Below, piece after piece: positions 47,562 to 55,336 of a DNA stretch of 55,336 nt. The translations under genes and the position numbers were made by a program. Under the pieces are notes generated by a model. It was given only the letters and a program-made list of their open reading frames with translations, had not been told where the DNA came from and made no database searches. The stretch comes from Mesotaenium endlicherianum. Lineage: Eukaryota. The stretch covers positions 181,539-236,874 of the forward strand of contig WELA01001462.1 in the NCBI GenBank assembly GCA_009602735.1. The letters run 5' to 3'. Each line of letters starts with the position of its first letter. Positions within the stretch are counted from its first letter, which is position 1.

Positions 47562-50281
47562 GAGGAGGAGGTTGAAATTCCTGGGTTGTGAGGGTCACTA
47601 TTGCAGGCTGTGTGCTGCACTAAGGCTGTAAGCTCTGTGGCCTGGCCTGTCTTTGTGGCTGCGCGTGCTGCTGCCATGTGGCGGCCAGCCCCTGAACGTG
47701 AGGTTTCGGACGGTGGTGGCGAGCGTGCTGGGCGTGCTGGGCTCCGCCATGGCCAGCGCGGGGGGCGTGGGCGGCGGCGGCCTTTTTGTGCCGCTCTTCA
47801 ACCTGCTGCTCCAGTTTGACGCCAAGACCTCCGCCGCCCTCTCCAAGTGTAAGCACACCTGCTTGCCCCCCCNCCTTTCGGGCAGGAGACAGGAGACGGG
47901 GGACAGGAGACAAGAGTCTGGCAACAGGAGACGGGAGGCGGGCGACAGGCGACAGGACACGGTACCCCCCCCCGGGGCCCCTCATCCGCCTCAAGCCCCC
48001 AGCTTGTGGAGTAGGAGGTAGAGCAGAGTGGACTAGATTGCTGCTGGTGCTGGTGGGGCGCTGCGAGGGCGCGCATGCACTCGTGGCTGATGGCAGCCAG
48101 CTGGCGCTGCTGGTAGGAGGCAAGCAGGCAGGCAGAGCCTCCGATCGGCAGCCAGCAGTTTTAATGGCCGTGGCCTTGCATGCGTGCTGCTGCTGCTGCT
48201 GTTGGCTGCATTGGAGGACAGTCAGACAGGCAGACCCAGACAGGTGGCGGGATCGGGGGCAAGTCTCACCTTGCGGGCGGGCATGCGCGCCTGTGTGTGT
48301 GGGGGGGGGGGGAGCAGCCATGGTGTTTGGCGGCGCGGTGACGGCGTTCATGTACAACGTGCGCGCCCGCCACCCCGCGGAGGACCGGCCGCTGATCGAC
48401 TACGACATTGCGCTGCTGCTGGAGCCCGCGCTGCTGGTGGGCATCAGCACGGGCGTGCTGTGCAACGTCATGTTCCCCTCCTGGATCATCATCCTGCTGC
48501 TCACCTCCGTGCTCTCCTGTAAGAGCCTCCCCCCCCCCCCTTTCCCCTCAACCAGCAGCTGCTGGTGGCCAATAGGTGGACGCCTGCTCCTCCGCACCTT
48601 ATCCTCAGCTGTTGCCCCGCTCTTCGCATCAGGCTGCTGATCTGTCTGTCCCTGCATGTGCCCACAAGTGCGTGCGGGTGTCCCACACTCCCTCCAAGTG
48701 CCCTCCCCTGTGTGTGTTGCCCCGTCCGTGCCTGTGGCGGAGCCTGCTTCTCTTGCCTGGGCTGCACGCTTTCAAGGAGGAGCGTGCAGCAAGCAGGGCC
48801 AGGGGAGTGGGCCAGTGGCCTGCCTCGGCAGTCTCTCGCACTCCCTCTCCCTCCCTCTGCCTGTGTGTGCCACCTGGCACAGCCGTGACGCCCTTCCGCC
48901 TCCCACTGGGGTGTGTGGGGGGTAGGGGGGAGGGCAGACATAACGGCGCGGAGCTACAAGAGCGGCTTTGCGCTCTACCGGCGCGAGAATGTCATTGCCG
49001 AGGTACTGAGAGACAGGGGAGGAGGGGCGCCCCCCCCGCCCTGCGCAGGGCTGTTGCTCTCAGTGCCCCCCACTCTCGCTCTCGCTTGTCGCCCGCTCTC
49101 TGGGCAGCCTTGCTGCTTCCCCTCACCACGTGGTGCATGCTTGGGTGGCCAGGTGCAACCTTGGGGAGGGTGCATGGTTGCAACCATCCAGGCAGGACCC
49201 GATGACTCGTTTGAACACTTTGGGGAAAGTTTTAGCCGCAAATGTGTGGCCATGGCGTCCGCCAGAAGGGGCTGCGCCCCCCTCCAGGCACTACACCCAG
49301 CTCATGCCTGCTGCGCCTCTCCACAAGATGCTGAGGCAGCGAGCGTGTGGGGGCTGGCGAGCAAAATTACAAGCAAGACCAGGTGGATGCGCGTAACTCA
49401 CCACCGCATGTGTGCATGTATGCATGCATGCGGACGTGGTGGCAGCGGTGCATGCACCGCACCCGGGCAGGTGGCACAGCAAGGGGTGGGGTCAGGTCTA
49501 GGTTTTGGGGATGGCGCATGGCGGAGGGTGGAGGAGGAGCTGGCGTGAGCGCACCACCGCCACCGCCCTGCGCCATTCCACTCTGAAGAACAAAGAGAGC
49601 ACGGTGGGTGACACGTGTGGGCGTGGGTGGGCGCGTGGGCAGGCGCGGGAGCAGGCCGAGGCTGCAGCTGCAGGAGCAGCAGCAGCAGGAGGAGGAGGAG
49701 GAGAAGGTAAAGCCAAGCCCTCAACGGCCTCGTGCAAGGCCACCTCAGGTACCCCCCCCAGGGACGCAGAAGGGCATGCCCTGCGCTATCCGCTGCCCAC
49801 CCCACCTGCTGCTTGTGAGTGGGGGCAATGAGAAGGGCCCGCAATGGGATGTCAGTCGGGTCGGGTGTTCTCCTTGCTCTATTGTGTCCATGCCGATCCT
49901 CGGGGGCGTGGCCCTTGCCTGGCTGCCATTGCCAGGGCACCTGAACTCTGTGCTGTTGCAAGACCTGAAGCGAGTGGTCGCCAGCTGGAGGGGAAAGGGC
50001 CAGGGGGTGGGGGTGGGGGCCTCCTTTTTAAATCGCTGCCGTGCACCGCTTGGTGGCCGGGGATGGGTGCAGCCGGAGGGGGAGGAGGGGCGGAGGAGGA
50101 GGCGGTGACGGTGGTGATGCCGCTGATGCACTCCAAGGAGACGTGCCTCCCGCTGCCCTTTGTCACCGATGCCACCCCCACCCCCACCGCCAGCGCCAGC
50201 GCCAAGGCCGACGCCCTGCCGGACCTGGAGAGGCCCCTCTTAGCTGCAGACGTACCCTCACTCACTCCTCCCCAGTGCCTC

Positions 50282-50322
<41 letters not shown>

Positions 50323-52319
50323 AGTCTGCCCCAGCTGTCGGGCGTCTTGAACTGCCTCCATGATAGCTTGATAAAACCGTCGGGGGTGCTCAGATTGGGC
50401 CGTATAATCAGCCAAAGGGCGCTTTGCTTGCAGCAGCAGCGACGGCTGTTCCTGCTGCTCCTGGGACGGGTCCTCTCCCGGCAGCTGAGCAAGGTGGGAT
50501 GAGGGTTGCACATGCGCACGCAGGAGAGGGCGGGCGGAGAGCCGGGGCTGCCGTGGAAGAAGCTGCTCATGCTGCTGCTTGTCTGGTTCAGCATCTTCCT
50601 CATCCAGCTGCTCAAGGTATCCCCCCCCCCCGCGTTCCTTCCTTTGGCAGTACAACAAAGGCAGCTTGGCATTCATGCATGCACGTGTGTGTCACACGGC
50701 TGAGACCGGCAGCCATGAGGCGCGACTGATGGTGGGTGAGATGGTTGCACTCCTGGAACGGGCGTGAGCAGCAACAGGGGCAGCAGGAGGGGGCCCTGGT
50801 GGAGGTGCAGCCATGCGGCGCCCTGTACTGGCTGCTCACTCTCCTGCAGGTTCCTTCTTCTCCTCCTCTTCCTCCAACTCTCCCCGCTCCCCCCCCTCCC
50901 CTTTCCTCCTATGACTCCTGTCATGCGTGAGGTCATGCATGCTCCTCATGCCTGCCTGCCTGGCTGTCCCCCTTTTGGAAGATTATTTGGGGGAGGCGAG
51001 CGCCCCTCCTCTTCCTCTCCTCCTCCTCCTTGTGAAAGTAGGGGGTCGGTGTTGCCCTTTGGGCACATTTTGTATTGCTGAGCCGTGTGTGTCTTGTGCT
51101 GACACGGGCGGGGGGGGCGCGCGTGCTGCTGCTGCTACAGCTGCCCCTGGGGCTGGTCCTCACGGGCGTCGCCATCCGCCACCTGAAGAGGGAGCAGGCG
51201 GCCAGGCGCGCCTCCTCCTCGTCCTCCCTGGGGGCGAACGTGTGCGACTGCCTGCTGAGCCCGCGGCAGCTGGTGCTGTACCCGCTGATGTCGTACATCG
51301 CGGGCTGTATGGGCGGCCTGCTGGGCATCGGCGGCGGCATGATCATCTGCCCGCTGCTGCTGGAGCTGGGCATTCTGCCGGAGGTGACGGCGGCCACGGG
51401 GGCGTTCATGGTGCTCTTCTCCTCCTCCATGTCCGTGGCCGAGTTCTACCTGCTGGGCCGCATCCCCCTGGAGTATGGTGAGCAGCCCCCCCCCCCCGGC
51501 CCCACCTCCTGCCCTCCTTGCGCTATTCCCCTTGTCTTGGCGTGTTAGCATCAATCTTGGTGACGTCTTTGTGGGTTCTTTGTGTCAGGCAGATAGGTCA
51601 TGGGAGTACGTGCAGAGCTGTTGCTGCAAGGAGGAGTTTTTGTGCACTATGCTGCTGGGAGTAACAGCATGTTGTTGCTGCAGCCTGCCAGGTGGTGCTC
51701 TGCTCAGATCCGGGGAGGGTGTCTCTTGATGTCTGCCTGACTGACTCCAGGCTGGGGCGTGGGGGGTGTCGGCACGGGCGTGGGCGTGGGTGTGGGCAGC
51801 CGTGTACTTTGCCATTCTGTGCTGCATGTCGTCGTTTGTGGGGCTCAACGTGCTGCAGCGCGCCGTGAAGAAGTACAACCGCTCCTCCATCATCATCTTC
51901 ACGGTGGCCGGCGTCATCAGCATCAGCGTCGTCTGCATGGGTGAGACTCGCTCTCGTCCGCTCCTTCCCTTCCCACGCGGTGCGGCCGCCGGCTAGTCAG
52001 CGCTGCAGGCTGCAGCTTTGGCGGAAATGCCGCTGCTTCTCCCGGCACGCTCTTTCAAGAGCTCTGCTTGTGTGTCTATGTTCGGGGGAGTGGGGCTCCA
52101 GGGCTTGCTATCGTACCACCACTCGCCTTCCTCTGCCTTTTCTTCTTGTGGTTTGTTCAGAGCTGTTCATTGCTCGCCCCTTTTTGGCTCACTCTGGTGC
52201 TTGCGTGTGTGTGTGTGTGTGTGTGCGTGTGCGTGTGTGCAGCGCTGTTTGGCTCTGTGGATGTGTACGAGCGGTACAAAGCCGGGGACTCTCTCGGCTT
52301 TCACAAGCTTTGCGACTGA
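46688..52319 (+). CDS. Sulfite exporter TauE/SafE family membrane protein, 11 exons (46688-46906, 47689-47848, 48318-48518, 48938-49002, 49643-49748, 50073-50251, 50524-50616, 50778-50849, 51141-51477, 51800-51940, 52243-52319), 549 aa
   Basis: All introns are GT-AG and phase-compatible, total 1650 nt. Motifs GGVGGGGLFVP, PLIDYDIALLLEP, GGLLGIGGG, PEVTAAT, FSSSMSV and C-terminal GFHKLC match plant TauE/SafE proteins. The N-terminus is signal-peptide-like. Confidence 0.88.
47515..47557. repeat. (CAG)n microsatellite in intron 1
   Basis: Run of AGC/CAG triplets followed by AGG repeats. Confidence 0.9.
50283..50321. repeat. (CCTG)n microsatellite near the 5' end of intron 6
   Basis: Seen directly. 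Confidence 0.9.
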
Positions 52320-53582
52320 GTCTCACTGTGTGCTACATGGCATCTTGACAGCCACTTGTTCAGAAAGTGAAAGTAGGTGGCTGACTTGGTCAAGCAAAAA
52401 CCTGATGTATACAAGCGACAATGTTAGATAAGAGCATCTCATGATTCATAAGCTGTGCAAAGTACAAAAGAAAACAGGTCTCAAGTTTTGATTTGCCGCA
52501 GGCTTTGCCATTGCGGGTATATTGATTGCCACGACCCAACAAAGGTTGCCGTGGCTACTATGTGATTATAGAGCACATTACCACATACAATTTATATAGA
52601 CTACTGTACGACTTAGCTTGTAGCATAGAATAAGTCGCTAGGCGTACTTGTCAGTATAGTAAGAACCATTTTTTGCCCCTAAGAGGCAAATTTGCATTGA
52701 GTTTACCTCTTGTTGAGTTTGATTGTGCTGCTGTGCACAGCGCACGTCTTCATGAGGAATTTGACATACCTGTCCTTTGTTTCCTCAGTGTGTCTGCTCC
52801 TGTGCATTCACGATGCCAGGTGTCTACTGTTGGCACAAGAAAGGAAACAGACACTAAAAAGGCACACACTGTACAAATACGAGCGTGGCAATGCAAGCCT
52901 TTCATCCAAAGTGTGGTGCATAACAAGGCAAGCGACAGTATCATATGTGTTGCCTCGCCAACCTTGAATTGCAACTTTCACCTTCTCGACAAGAGAACAA
53001 AAAGGATACGTATGGATTGCATTAGGTTGAAGGAGAGTCAGTGCCGCTGACAACCAAGCTCTGCAATTTCTATCAGTATTCATTGCATTGCAGCTTCACT
53101 GTAGTGAAACATCTACCTCAAAACAAAAGAGCAACCACATGTCTTCCACATAGGAAAATCTTTGCACTATCTACTTTGATATTAACACATTGTAATGGCA
53201 AGAGGATACGAACACTGGGGTGATGATAAGAGTTGCGCGTGTATGTGCAGAGATAGTTGACAGTGCAGCAGCTGAAGCTTGTGTGCATGTTGATGCAGCC
53301 GGATTGCTCTCCTGCAGACGGGGTGCTGAACTGGAACTTAGTCCTGAACGGGCATATCAGTGCGTGTGCGGGAACTTGGCAGTGGGACAGTCTTTTTGCC
53401 CTTCTTGATTGCACTAGTCTTCACACAGTTTGCGCTGGGACCTTGTAGAGGCCAAAACAAAGTCATCAACAATGGCCCAACAAAGCATGAGGGCAAATTT
53501 CCCTGCCTGGATAGACAGGCAGGCCCGCAACTTCATAAGTTACACAAGTAAGCCAGGTGTGGGTCAAGGAGGGCCAGCTAGA

Positions 53583-55121
53583 CTAAGGGCGCTGCACTGC
53601 ATTATCGGGCTGAGCCCTGGCCCTCACCCTCTTCACGGCTTCTACGGCAGCCTGGTTTGCGCTCAGATGTCCTTCGCGCAGCAGGGCCTCAAACTCTATC
53701 TTGATTTGAGCAGCTATATCTGCTCTTCCATCTGGCTTCCTCTCAAGGGGAGTCTCGACTCCAGCAATGCCAGGGTCGGCGGGGCCCGGTGGCAGCCTTG
53801 TATCGGCCACCGCTGAGAACATAGAGCCTCCTGTGGCTCCTCCCGAGCCCAAGGGGGCGGGACCTGCGGCAGCTCCCCTGGGGCGTGGCGCGTCCTCCTC
53901 AGCCACAGAGAACAAGTCAATGCAGGCCAGCTGCAGGGCGCATGACGGGCCTCCTGGCACTGCCAGGAATCGGAACCTGCCCCGCCCAGCGCCAGCCCGG
54001 AAGCCAGGTGTCGCAGAGTGAGTGCCGAGGCGCGTGCGCGCTGACAGGCTCGTGCGCGTGCCACAGGGGCTCCTTGCGTGGCCCGGCAGGAGAAAGCAGC
54101 AAGGCTGCCAGCGTGTGCCCAAGCGGGATGCAGAGACCCTACCTGCCCGCCCGCCCTGCGGAGCGGATGTGGCGGCTCTGTACCGCAGTCTGGCAGGGGC
54201 TCCATGGCCCGCCCAGTGTCCTTTTGAAAGGGTACCGTGCTATGCGACGACGGACTTCTTCATGATCAGAAAGGAGGAACAATCTTTCTCTTCTTGGCTT
54301 CCCTCCCCGCCGGGGTCCACGATTTGCTCACTGCTGCTACTTTGCTCCACTCTTCTCTACCACTTCAAGCGAGGGTGGGGGGGACCCTAACCCCTTTGCC
54401 GCCCGCTGAGCCTCGATGCGAAACAGTCAGAGCCCTGACAGTTATCCAGCTTGCTCCCTCACCATATGGACCTGGCAAAGGTCCGGGGAGGTGGGGGGCT
54501 TTTGATTTACACGTCTGTAGAATGTCTGCAAGATGGACAGAGAATAAAAGACCACGTCGCTTGTCCCATCCTCTTCAGTCAAGCAAGCCCCAGGGGTGTG
54601 GCAATCGCAGCGAGGATAGTCCCTTGGCCCATTAGTGTGCGCGGGTGATGATGCCCTCGACGACGCCACACGCGCAAGCGCGCACACACACATACACGCA
54701 CTCGCATGCTAATGCACGCTCGCGTGCACACACACACAGACACCAGCAGAGCGCAGGCAGCATCTCCTCTCTCCTCTCTCAGGGCTGGAGCTCACCTCCA
54801 GCAGCGGCACGGACGCCTCGCTTGCGGAGCAACGACAAACACTCTGCAGGCGTGACGCTCCCGGAACACCACATCCTGCCGCTCGTCCAGGGCTTGCCAG
54901 GTGGCACCATCTAGCGAGCCCTCTAGCAGCCAGCTGCAGGGATCGCGCTCGGGGCAGTCGTCGGCCGCTGTGATGGCATACGCAGCCAAAGTGGCAGTGG
55001 GGACCGCATCCACGCCAGTCTGTGGCGGAGGAGGAAGGCGGTACGAGATCCACGCCGACTTCCGGGTGCTGTCGGGATTGAGCCACTTGGTGCCCACGAG
55101 ACCGTCAAACGCGGCTGAGGC
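53583..55121 (-). CDS. 3' exons (54796-55121, 53583-53976) of a peptide:N-glycanase PNG1-like gene (C-terminal carbohydrate-binding/discoidin-like domain); 5' part lies beyond the window
   Basis: AFDG...TKW...ITAADDCPERDPCSWLLEGSLDGATWQALD...WR|FRFLAV...LQLACIDLF resembles the plant PNG1 C-terminus (SANDAPERDP..W.LEGS.DGG..W..LD...FRFRFL...LQ.GSIDL). The catalytic domain is not visible. Confidence 0.7.
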
Positions 55122-55336
55122 CTGCGAGAAAGCACACAAGACGGCGGCAAAGAGGACTTGAAATTTGGCTCTAGAATCTAGGCACATGCACAGCTCTGCC
55201 AGCGTGTCCTGGAACGGCCATGGCTGGCGCTGAAGCCGCGCCTCGTGGCACTGGCAGAAGGGCCCAAGCAAGAGGCTAAGCACCAGCATGGGCATGCCCC
55301 AGAACTCCCTTCTTGCCTACCCCGTCACCCCCCCCC

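Noticed and set aside
47042..55295. Many long overlapping ORFs in the GC-rich gene region
   Set aside because: Explained by GC-rich, stop-poor introns and shadow frames of the two spliced genes.

Overview
Eukaryotic genomic DNA, most likely from the green plant or green algal lineage (inferred from spliceosomal introns, tRNA-iMet-primed chromoviruses and plant-type TauE/SafE and PNG1-like genes). Bases 1 to ~45,330 are a nest of transposons. It holds four Ty3/Gypsy chromodomain-integrase LTR families (labelled A-D here), a ~2-kb non-autonomous PIF/Harbinger-type DNA transposon, a PAT-like DIRS (tyrosine-recombinase) retrotransposon with split direct repeats, and a decayed F-box/LRR-like pseudogene. 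Bases ~46,690-55,336 hold two convergent host genes: an 11-exon TauE/SafE transporter (+) and the 3' exons of a PNG1-like gene (-). Main observations: (1) family B carries a ~550-aa third ORF with no transmembrane segment and no domain I recognise, between pol and the 3' LTR; it follows a conserved CAG|GATG site and is far more diverged between subfamilies than pol. (2) A ~25.4-kb inversion (8333-33749) can be reconstructed from four independent sequence signatures. (3) Families A and B both show -1 ribosomal frameshift cassettes. (4) Host introns mostly have C-rich 5' ends and G- or GT-rich 3' ends instead of a polypyrimidine tract. All coordinates were read by eye, and no database searches were run.
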